A DNA stretch of 34,839 nt, from NCBI GenBank assembly GCA_964584535.1, contig CAZPAX010000001.1, forward strand, positions 1 to 34,839, in the 5' to 3' direction. The position numbers and the translations under genes are program-made. This stretch comes from an uncultured Eubacteriales bacterium. Lineage in GTDB: Bacteria; Acidobacteriota; Aminicenantia; Aminicenantales; CAZPAX01. The notes below the pieces were generated by a model. It had not been told where the DNA came from and made no database searches. It saw nothing but the letters and a program-made list of their open reading frames with translations. Below, piece after piece: positions 1-6,806 of this stretch; positions within the stretch are counted from its first letter, which is position 1; each line of letters begins with the position of its first letter.

Positions 1-80
1 GTGATCTGCGTGAGGGAGGCGAGTTATACGGTGACGGAGAACTTATTTATAAGGAAGGGAAATTTATAAAGGCCTTATAA
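1..80 (+). CDS. 3' end of a gene running off the left edge (last 25 codons only; Gly/Tyr/Glu-rich, MORN/YwqK-repeat flavour)
   Basis: Frame 3 is open from the window edge to TAA at 78-80 and reads DLREGGELYGDGELIYKEGKFIKAL*. It is too short for the ORF track and cannot be assigned from 25 aa. Confidence 0.25.
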   Translation, partial: DLREGGELYGDGELIYKEGKFIKAL

Positions 81-97
81 AGAAAAGTCTATGCATC

Positions 98-520
98 GGT
101 CTGCCCCTTCGCCCTCTTTCCTATACCGGTATCGGCAGCAGACCTTGCCCTCTTACTCGTCGAAAGACACACGCTCCAAGATTGATAAGAGTTTCGTTTT
201 TCTGCCCTGCCGGTCGGATGGCCGTTCGAGCACCGCTTTCCGTCCATCCCATCGTTGGGGACGATAAATCACGGTGCTGTCGGATGTCAAGTTGGAAAAA
301 ATGCCGTGAAGGCTTGCCGGAAAGCCACCGACGAGCCAAAAGGAGTCGGCATTCGCCGAGAGAGGAGTTTCCCCTGGCAGTGAGAAATTAAGAGTGTCCG
401 CAGAGGCTTCCTCGTGCCAACAAGGGTAGACAATCAGCCCAGCGCTCTGTCAACAGACGTTGCTTTGTTGAATAGAGTGAAGGCGACAGTTCTTCTGATA
501 TAAAAAGAGTATCGACCTCG
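98..520. ncRNA. Candidate structured non-coding RNA, class and strand unresolved
   Basis: There is no credible CDS, only two mutually antisense Arg/Ser/Pro-rich ORFs of 69-72 aa. Hand-counted G+C is 32/60, 37/60 and 32/60 for lines 181-240, 301-360 and 361-420, against 27/60 for coding line 601-660. Several clean local helices are present: 98-104/138-144, 216-221/244-249, 270-274/304-308, 311-315/322-326 and 328-332/345-349. Confidence 0.3.
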
Positions 521-567
521 AGGATCTCGTTCAGAAAAGGAAAATCTTTAGAAAAAACGAGACAGGC

Positions 568-1536
568 CTAAAGCCAGCCATATTCCCTGTACCAGGAAAG
601 GGTTAAGGCCATCCCTTTTTTAAAATCCACTTCAGGTGAGTAGCCTAATTCCTTCCCTGCTTTCTGTATGGAAAGAGGCTTGGGATGGATGAAAAAGCTG
701 AGCTTGGACATGTTGAGAGGGGCTTCTTTTTTGAAAGGAGAAAATATTTTCTCCGTGAGCCAGGCCGCCACTTTCAGCGGAAAGAGAGGAAGAGTGAAGG
801 AGGGGATTTTCCTTCCGGCTGAAGAAGCTATGGTCTCAACGATTTCCCTCACGGTGAGGACTTCTCTTCCGGCTAGGTGATAAATTTCTCCTTTTCTCCC
901 TCGCTCAGCCGAGAGGAGAATCCCTTTTAAGAGGTCCTCGATATAGACAGGAGTTTGCAGGATTTTTCCCTTTGTGGGGAGGATAAATCTCCTTTTCTGG
1001 ATAGCCTTGATTAGCTTGAAGGTCCTCCGATCTCCAGGACCGTAAACCCAGCCTGGCCTGATGACCACAAGATTCATTCCTTCTCGGGCAAAGCGGAGAG
1101 CCACCTTTTCACCTTCGAGTTTGCTTCTGTCATAGATATTTCTGGGGTTGAGAAGATAATCTTCAGCAGCGATCTCATTGGATTTGACAATGCCCAGGAC
1201 TCCGGCTGAGCTAAAATGGATGATTTTTTTGACTGCTGCTTCGCGGGCTGCTTCCAAAATAGTTTCCGTCCCATCCGTGTTAACCCTGTAGAATTCCTTT
1301 TTGCTGATTAAAGATGAGCCCAGAGCTGCAGCCAGATGAAAAAGGACGTCTGTTCCTTTTAAAGCGTTTCTCAGAGATTCAAAATCCGAGATATCTCCCC
1401 TAATGGCTTCGATTTTTTCTTCCTGATGGATTCTGCTTTTATGGACAAGGGCTCTAATCCGCCAGCTTTTCTTGAGGAGATGGTCAATGAGATGGCTCCC
1501 GATGAATCCTGAGCCTCCGCTGATAAAAGCTTGCAT
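568..1536 (-). CDS. NAD-dependent epimerase/dehydratase (extended SDR family)
   Basis: Rossmann motif GGSGFIGSHL sits right after Met55 of the track ORF, and the catalytic YDRSK (YxxxK) motif is present. I moved the start to ATG 1536 because the longer ORF would overlap the upstream gene, which stops at 1547. Confidence 0.85.
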   Translation of the reverse strand: MQAFISGGSGFIGSHLIDHLLKKSWRIRALVHKSRIHQEEKIEAIRGDISDFESLRNALKGTDVLFHLAAALGSSLISKKEFYRVNTDGTETILEAAREAAVKKIIHFSSAGVLGIVKSNEIAAEDYLLNPRNIYDRSKLEGEKVALRFAREGMNLVVIRPGWVYGPGDRRTFKLIKAIQKRRFILPTKGKILQTPVYIEDLLKGILLSAERGRKGEIYHLAGREVLTVREIVETIASSAGRKIPSFTLPLFPLKVAAWLTEKIFSPFKKEAPLNMSKLSFFIHPKPLSIQKAGKELGYSPEVDFKKGMALTLSWYREYGWL

Positions 1537-1546
1537 GGGAAATGAC

Positions 1547-2716
1547 TCAATTGTCCTTGAAATTTGCTTTAGCTTTGTCCAGGGACTGGCGAATTTTTTC
1601 GAGATAGACTGGATAAGTATACTCCTTCTCAGCCATCTCTTTGGCCTTTCTTGCCCTTTGTTTTGCTTCCTCATTAAAGAGGGCAAAGGCGATCCCATCA
1701 GTTAGTCCCTGGGCTGTGGGATCAACCAGCACCGAATTCCCATCGTTGAGGACTTGAGTGTGTGTCCAGAGATTTGTGGCCACAAGGGGTTTTCCGGATT
1801 TGAGTAGGGAATAGATTTTGAGGGGCGTATTTGTTCCGGAAAGTCGAGGTGAGACGAGTACATCTGCCAGCGAAATAAAGAGAGGCACAAGGGAAGGCGA
1901 AACCCTTTCCACAAAAACCACTCTGTCTTGAATTTTGAGGGCTTTTGCCTTATTTTTCATCTCCTCCAACTCGGCTTTGTTTCCTCCAACAAGCAAAAAG
2001 ATAATTCCTTCCTGAATTCTTGCTGCTGCTTCGAGGAAAAGAGGAAGGCCCTGATAGGACTGGAAATTTCCTGTATAAAGAACTATTTTCTCTCCCTTAG
2101 GGGCAAATTCCCTGCGTTTTTTTTCTATCTGGCCTTCAGAGTATTCCGGGCAAGGGAAGTCAATGAAGTTCTCAAGAAGGATGGCTCTCTTTTCGAAGCC
2201 ATTCTTTTTGACTCTTCTGAGCAGATCCTGGCAGATGACAATAACTGCCTGGGAATTCTTGAGAATAAATCTCTCCATAGAGAGGAAGGCGCTCTTCAAG
2301 AGCTCAGAACGGGAAAAATTGAAATTTTCAAGCTGCTGGGGAAGGCTGGAATGCATGTCATAGAGATGAGGCAATCTCCAGATTTTACCCAGGAAAACTC
2401 CGATCAAGGCAGCTTCTTCATGAGAAAAAATCAAGTTATATCGCCCTTTCGCCAGCTGGAGAAAGGCTTTGAGGAAAAGAAGAAAATCGAGTGGAATTTT
2501 CACCAAAGAAGGCCCGATTTTTATCGTCCGAATTGAGAAGAGATTAGGGATGCGCATTATCTTTATGTTTTTTAGGTTGACATTTTCCCCGAGGTGGTAG
2601 GTCAGAAGGTCAACCGTGTGACCGAGGTCTGAGAGGGCTTTTAGCCTGAAATAGACGCTTATCGGAGTTCCCCTAGGCTGGAAAAAGGGCTCAGGAGCGA
2701 GCATGAGAATTTTCAT
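1547..2716 (-). CDS. Glycosyltransferase family 4 (GT-B, group 1)
   Basis: N-terminus MKILMLAPEPFFQPRGTPISV with HLGENV is typical of GT4. The C-terminal half (VGGNKAELEEMK...SPRLSGTNTPLKIYSLLKSGKPLVAT) resembles the Glycos_transf_1 domain. Confidence 0.8.
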   Translation of the reverse strand: MKILMLAPEPFFQPRGTPISVYFRLKALSDLGHTVDLLTYHLGENVNLKNIKIMRIPNLFSIRTIKIGPSLVKIPLDFLLFLKAFLQLAKGRYNLIFSHEEAALIGVFLGKIWRLPHLYDMHSSLPQQLENFNFSRSELLKSAFLSMERFILKNSQAVIVICQDLLRRVKKNGFEKRAILLENFIDFPCPEYSEGQIEKKRREFAPKGEKIVLYTGNFQSYQGLPLFLEAAARIQEGIIFLLVGGNKAELEEMKNKAKALKIQDRVVFVERVSPSLVPLFISLADVLVSPRLSGTNTPLKIYSLLKSGKPLVATNLWTHTQVLNDGNSVLVDPTAQGLTDGIAFALFNEEAKQRARKAKEMAEKEYTYPVYLEKIRQSLDKAKANFKDN

Positions 2717-2728
2717 CTGAGTTGAGAT

Positions 2729-3694
2729 TTAATGAGTATTCTTGAGATCGGAATCAATGATTTCCTTGATAAAATAGATTCTTTTTTCTACAGATTCATG
2801 ATAGGCACGAACCATGATTTCTGCCAAAAGGCCCAAAGTAATAAACTGAATGCCGATAACCATTAGCAAAATAGCCAGGAGGAGGAGTGGACGGCCGCCG
2901 ATGCCCTGCTTGAGAATCAGGCGTTGATAAGAGAGCCAAAGGCCGAGAAAACCGCCAATCACTCCGCTGGCCAGGCCGAAAATTCCGAATATCTGCAAAG
3001 GACGGGTTGAGTAACTGAGAAGGAACTTGACTGTCAGCAGGTCGAGGATGACTTTAATGAAGCGGAATATGTTGTACTTTGATTTTCCATGGCGCCTCGG
3101 TCTGTGACTGACCTTGACTTCAGCTATGGAAACTCCCATGTTGCTGGCAATGGCAGGGATAAAACGGTGCATCTCTCCATAGAGCTTGATGTTCTTGACA
3201 ACTTCGCTGCGGAAGGCCTTGAGCGTACAGCCATAGTCATGGAGTTTTACCCTGGTAATAAAGGAAATCAGCCAGTTGGCAATGGCTGAAGGCAGGCGGC
3301 GAGTGAGAAACCTGTCTTTTCTCTTCTCCCGCCAGCCGCTGACAATATCAAAGCCCTCTTCGATTTTTTCAATCAAGAGAGAAGAGTCTTGAGGATCATT
3401 TTGCAAATCAGCATCCAGGGTGATAATGATCTCCTCCTTGGCATAATCAAAGCCTGCAGAAAGAGCTGCTGTCTGGCCAAAATTCTTCCTGAGCTTTATG
3501 ACTTTTATCTTGGGGTCTTTTTTCTGGATATTTTTTAAAACAAAAAAGGATTCATCCCAGCTCCCGTCATCGATAAAGATTATCTCATAAGGCCTTTGGA
3601 GTTTTCGGCAGGTTAAAATCAATTCGTCGTAGAGAATAGGCAAATTTTTGGCTTCATTGAAGACAGGGATAATGAAAGAAATGCCACCTTTCAT
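2729..3694 (-). CDS. Glycosyltransferase family 2, polyprenyl-phosphate sugar transferase type (GtrB/ArnC/DPM1-like) with C-terminal TM helices
   Basis: Motifs ISFIIPVFNEAKNL, IFIDDGSWDES and TLDADLQNDP are present, with two hydrophobic helices at the C-terminus. The track start at 3703 is TTG, and an ATG at 3694 is preferred because a -10-like hexamer overlaps the TTG. Confidence 0.85.
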   Translation of the reverse strand: MKGGISFIIPVFNEAKNLPILYDELILTCRKLQRPYEIIFIDDGSWDESFFVLKNIQKKDPKIKVIKLRKNFGQTAALSAGFDYAKEEIIITLDADLQNDPQDSSLLIEKIEEGFDIVSGWREKRKDRFLTRRLPSAIANWLISFITRVKLHDYGCTLKAFRSEVVKNIKLYGEMHRFIPAIASNMGVSIAEVKVSHRPRRHGKSKYNIFRFIKVILDLLTVKFLLSYSTRPLQIFGIFGLASGVIGGFLGLWLSYQRLILKQGIGGRPLLLLAILLMVIGIQFITLGLLAEIMVRAYHESVEKRIYFIKEIIDSDLKNTH

Positions 3695-3701
3695 CCTGGT
3701 C

Positions 3702-3731
3702 AATATATCACAAACAGAATGTTCCCAGCAA
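3702..3731 (-). promoter_or_regulatory. Putative sigma70-type promoter of the GT2-GT4-epimerase operon
   Basis: The minus strand reads TTGCTG (3731-3726), an 18-nt spacer, then TATATT (3707-3702). Seven nt follow before ATG at 3694, with no Shine-Dalgarno sequence. Confidence 0.35.
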
Positions 3732-3790
3732 CTTCATAGAGGGTTTCGGGGTCAGGCCTGAGCCACTGATTTCAGATCCTTAAAAAGTAC

Positions 3791-3820
3791 TTGATTTTGT
3801 TATCTTTTTTTGCTAATAAT
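3791..3820 (+). promoter_or_regulatory. Putative sigma70-type promoter of the metallophosphoesterase gene
   Basis: TTGATT (3791-3796), an 18-nt spacer, then AATAAT (3815-3820). ATG lies at 3832 with no Shine-Dalgarno sequence between. Confidence 0.35.
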
Positions 3821-3831
3821 TTTCGGGCGCC

Positions 3832-6147
3832 ATGGAACTTGGGAGGAGAGAGTTCCTAAAATTAGGGGGACTTACTCTGGCTGCGGCCAGCCTTAACCCT
3901 GGTCTGCTTTGTTCCGCTCCGCTTCCTAATGATCCCTCTCCGCCTCTTATCAGACAACAGCTTTTCAATGAGGAATTCCCTTTCCCCTATGATGAAGAAT
4001 ATTTTGCCTGTGCTGAGAGAGTCTATAATGTTAGGAGGATGGCGGATGGGTCTCCGGGTTTCAAGGCCAATCTGAATTTAGTCTTGAAAGAGGGAAGAAA
4101 GCTTGACATCAAGATCCTGGTCAGCGAAAGGCTTGAGGACCTCAGCCGGACAAAAGATGTCCATTCTTTTTCGGGTGTGACGGACATCCTAGATATTGTT
4201 TTGACGGGATTTGAAACGAGAAGGCTTTATTATCAGGTCCTTTATAGAGAAGGAGAGGAGAATTGGGGGGCCCTCTCGCCAAAAAGTTTTAAACTCCCCA
4301 ATGCGAATCTCGAAAAAGGTGGTCTGATAACTGTCCTCTTCATCTCCGATGATCACACTTTTGATGATGGTGGTTATGGAGTTCCAGAAGAATACAAATC
4401 CTTAAAACTGAGCGGAGATTACATTAACGAATTTCTGAAAATGCTGAGATTTGATCCAGACTGGGAACCTGAGAGCCCCCTGGGCTGTTTGAAAAATGGT
4501 TTCTGTCTGGCCACCACCTTAAGACACATCATGGCTAATGAAGACCCTGATTTTCTCGTCAATTTAGGCGACACCACAGGAATTGGAGCAAATTACCAAT
4601 GGGAAGGGTTGGGGCTTCCCATGAAAAATTTAACAGAAAAAGACTATGATTTTATCTCCAAAACATTATGGATGAGGATGAGAAAAATATATTCTGTCCT
4701 CACCCCAAGTGTTCCTATCTATATTGCCTTAGGAAATCATGATGGAGAGGAAGGCTGGAACCCGGCCCGAAATTGGGCCAAAGAATGGAGAAAAAAGCTA
4801 TTTTCTCTTCCAGGTAAGTCCACTTATCCTGAAGGAGGCCATGAAGAAGGGAATTTTTATGCTTTTTCCTGGGGAGCAGACCTTCTTAACCGCGGGGGCG
4901 TCCAGTTTATTTTCCTTCACACAACTGGCTTTACCGGGCAGAGGTATCCTCAAACACCTGAAGAATGGACTCTGGGGCAGGAGCAGCTCGAATGGCTTGA
5001 AAATATTTTGAGAAAAGGAGAGAAAGACTGGAGTTTTGCCTGTTCCCACCATGTCCTTGGCGGCTGGCCGGCCGGACCAGATGAAGCGAGAAAAGAAATT
5101 GCCTATGGCCGGGGACCCCTTTTCAATTCCGAGGATTATCTTGATTATTGCAACCCGAACAAGGTGGAACAGGTAAAGCTCACAGAGCTGGGGAAGAAAT
5201 ACGGGCTGGCCGCCTTTTTCTATGGACACGATCACATCTTTCATGTGGCGGGGATTGGGAAAGGATTAAATGAGAAAGAAATGTTTGGAGTTTGCGTCGG
5301 GTCAACAAAATTTATAGGAGAAAAAGGTTGGTGGAATGGCTGCTACTGGAGAAAGCACTACGGAGATGCTTTCAAGACAAATCCGGAGTTTTGGGGTCCG
5401 CCAGGAATTACAAAATTGGCAATCACCAGTGAGGAAGCAAGGCTGGACTATGTGATTTCAGGACAGACGCCCTACTCAAACCTTCCCCGAGATGTCCAAC
5501 CAGGATATGTTCTCTCCAGTACACTCCTTATCAATCCTCCTCCTTGTCTTTGCCTTGATAATACTTCCCTCTCATTTCAGGGAATAGAAGGAGAATCTAA
5601 TCCTCCTTCTCAGACAATAAAGGTCAAAAATGGAGGGGCAAGAATCCTTTATTATGATCTGAAAAGCGATCAATCCTGGCTATCTGTTACTCCGGCAAGC
5701 GGGATTTCCTGGGGAGAATGGGATGAGATTGCAGTTTCGGTTGATATTTCGGATTTAGAAGCCGGCTCCTATAAGGGAACGATATTTGTGGAAAGTCGAG
5801 AAGTCAATAATTTGTCCCTGAAAATTAAGGTCAATCTGGAAATCAAGGATCCTCCCATCTATCCGCCATTGAACTTCAGAGGCGAGAGAAAGGAAAATAA
5901 AATCCTGTTCCATCGAGAACAGGTGATTCTCCTGACCTGGGAAGCTAACCCAAAGAATAAAAATATCGAGAAATACAGGCTTTATCTCTTGGAAAAAGAA
6001 AATCAGAATATCCTTGCTGAAGTGAATTTCATTACCTTCAGCTATTTGTTAAGAAAGGCAAGCAGCGAGAGAAAGTATCGTTTTGCCTTGACGGCCGTTG
6101 ACCATAAAAAGAGGGAAGGCGAAGCCGCTTATCTGGCAGTCGAGTAG
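3832..6147 (+). CDS. Tat-signal metallophosphoesterase (calcineurin-like) with C-terminal BACON/Ig-like and fibronectin-III-like domains
   Basis: Twin-arginine leader MELGRREFLKLGGLTLAAASL. Phosphoesterase motifs are SDDHTFDDGG, GDTTG, GNHDGEE and GHDHIFH. The C-terminal tail contains PSQTIKVKNGG...WLSVTPASG...GSYKGTIFVES, followed by an Fn3-like segment (VILLTWEANPKN...YRLYL...YRFALTAVD). Confidence 0.8.
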   Translation: MELGRREFLKLGGLTLAAASLNPGLLCSAPLPNDPSPPLIRQQLFNEEFPFPYDEEYFACAERVYNVRRMADGSPGFKANLNLVLKEGRKLDIKILVSERLEDLSRTKDVHSFSGVTDILDIVLTGFETRRLYYQVLYREGEENWGALSPKSFKLPNANLEKGGLITVLFISDDHTFDDGGYGVPEEYKSLKLSGDYINEFLKMLRFDPDWEPESPLGCLKNGFCLATTLRHIMANEDPDFLVNLGDTTGIGANYQWEGLGLPMKNLTEKDYDFISKTLWMRMRKIYSVLTPSVPIYIALGNHDGEEGWNPARNWAKEWRKKLFSLPGKSTYPEGGHEEGNFYAFSWGADLLNRGGVQFIFLHTTGFTGQRYPQTPEEWTLGQEQLEWLENILRKGEKDWSFACSHHVLGGWPAGPDEARKEIAYGRGPLFNSEDYLDYCNPNKVEQVKLTELGKKYGLAAFFYGHDHIFHVAGIGKGLNEKEMFGVCVGSTKFIGEKGWWNGCYWRKHYGDAFKTNPEFWGPPGITKLAITSEEARLDYVISGQTPYSNLPRDVQPGYVLSSTLLINPPPCLCLDNTSLSFQGIEGESNPPSQTIKVKNGGARILYYDLKSDQSWLSVTPASGISWGEWDEIAVSVDISDLEAGSYKGTIFVESREVNNLSLKIKVNLEIKDPPIYPPLNFRGERKENKILFHREQVILLTWEANPKNKNIEKYRLYLLEKENQNILAEVNFITFSYLLRKASSERKYRFALTAVDHKKREGEAAYLAVE

Positions 6148-6148
6148 C

Positions 6149-6260
6149 GGTTTTGGGGTCAGACATTATCATAGGGGTGTCTGGGAGTCAAGGGCATGCG
6201 AACATCTCTTTTTCATGGCAATGTCTTACCCCGAAACCCCAGATGTTCCCCCCCAAAACC
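6149..6260 (+). other. Multi-helix RNA/DNA structure directly after the phosphoesterase stop codon
   Basis: A perfect 10-bp outer helix, GGTTTTGGGG 6149-6158 with CCCCAAAACC 6251-6260, encloses two hairpins: 6159-6165/6178-6184 (7 bp) and 6200-6207/6241-6248 (8 bp). The 5' arm can alternatively pair with CCCCGAAACC 6229-6238. Confidence 0.35.
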
Positions 6261-6264
6261 TTCG

Positions 6265-6293
6265 TTGACAAGCTGGAGGGTTTGGATTAGAAT
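6265..6293 (+). promoter_or_regulatory. Putative strong sigma70-type promoter of the receiver-domain gene
   Basis: TTGACA (6265-6270), a 17-nt spacer, then TAGAAT (6288-6293). ATG at 6311 follows with no Shine-Dalgarno sequence. Confidence 0.5.
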
Positions 6294-6310
6294 TTTTTAT
6301 AAAATCTGCC

Positions 6311-6787
6311 ATGGCTAATAAAAAAATCTTGATCGTCGATTTTGACACGCAGAGTTTAGAATCTTTGGCCCAGCTCTTCAGATCCCATAAATTCGAGATA
6401 ATAAGAGCCACAGATGGCAACTCTGCCTATGAAAAATTTAAATCGGAAAAGCCTGATCTGGTCATCCTCGAGGCCATGCTTCCTAAACTCCATGGCTTTG
6501 ATTTGGTCAAAAAAATCTCCTTGGAGTCAAAAAAGAAGATCCCTATCATCTTTGTTACTGGCTTCTTCCGAGGTCCCCAATTCAAGCACGAAGCCCTAAC
6601 AGTGCTCGGGGCTTCTGATTATTTTGAGAAGCCTTTTGATAAGCAAAAATTGGTGACTTCGGCTTTGAATCTTCTCGATGAGGAACCAGAAATTCAGGAA
6701 AAACTCCCTGATTCCAAATCCATCATCGAAAGCCTTTCCCGCAGAATTAAGAGCCGAGGGGATAAAGCCTTTCAGAAATCAAAATAA
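6311..6787 (+). CDS. Stand-alone response-regulator receiver domain protein (atypical: Glu at the phospho-acceptor position)
   Basis: CheY-like layout with KKILIVDFD, DLVILEAMLPKLHGFDL, IIFVTG and YFEKPF. The conserved Thr and Lys are present. The acceptor Asp is replaced by Glu54 (GAG 6470-6472) and the DD pair reads D-F-D. Confidence 0.8.
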   Translation: MANKKILIVDFDTQSLESLAQLFRSHKFEIIRATDGNSAYEKFKSEKPDLVILEAMLPKLHGFDLVKKISLESKKKIPIIFVTGFFRGPQFKHEALTVLGASDYFEKPFDKQKLVTSALNLLDEEPEIQEKLPDSKSIIESLSRRIKSRGDKAFQKSK

Positions 6788-6806
6788 ATATCAGCAATAA
6801 AAACCG

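Noticed and set aside
121-391. Track ORFs 121-339 (-) and 182-391 (+), 72 and 69 aa
   Set aside because: They are antisense to each other and rich in Arg, Ser and Pro, as expected from random translation of GC-rich non-coding sequence. They have no Shine-Dalgarno sequence and no motifs. They lie inside the block that I treat as a possible structured RNA.
98-520. Naming the GC-rich block as RNase P RNA, tmRNA, SRP RNA or a known riboswitch
   Set aside because: The size would suit RNase P, but neither strand has GGAAAGUCCGG followed later by ACAGAA-CCGGCUUA in the correct order. The nearest look-alikes, GGACGGAAAGCGGUG and GACAGAGCGCUGGGCUGA, occur in the wrong order. I saw no UCCACCA acceptor end, no SRP GGAAGCAGC, no B12 box and no glycine, TPP or ykkC core. 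I therefore left the class open rather than guess.
568-1698. Long N-terminal extensions in the ORF track (epimerase 1698, atpG 11979, wzm 15200, adenylyltransferase 17398, SurA-like 31099, membrane protein 23957)
   Set aside because: Each extension overlaps the preceding gene and consists of low-complexity or non-homologous residues. An internal ATG immediately precedes the conserved N-terminal motif of the family and abuts the upstream stop. I used those internal starts.
6226-6420. Track ORF 6226-6420 (-), 64 aa, overlapping the receiver-gene promoter and start
   Set aside because: It is antisense to a well-supported receiver gene and promoter. Its G-rich codons simply mirror the C-tract element, and it has no motifs.
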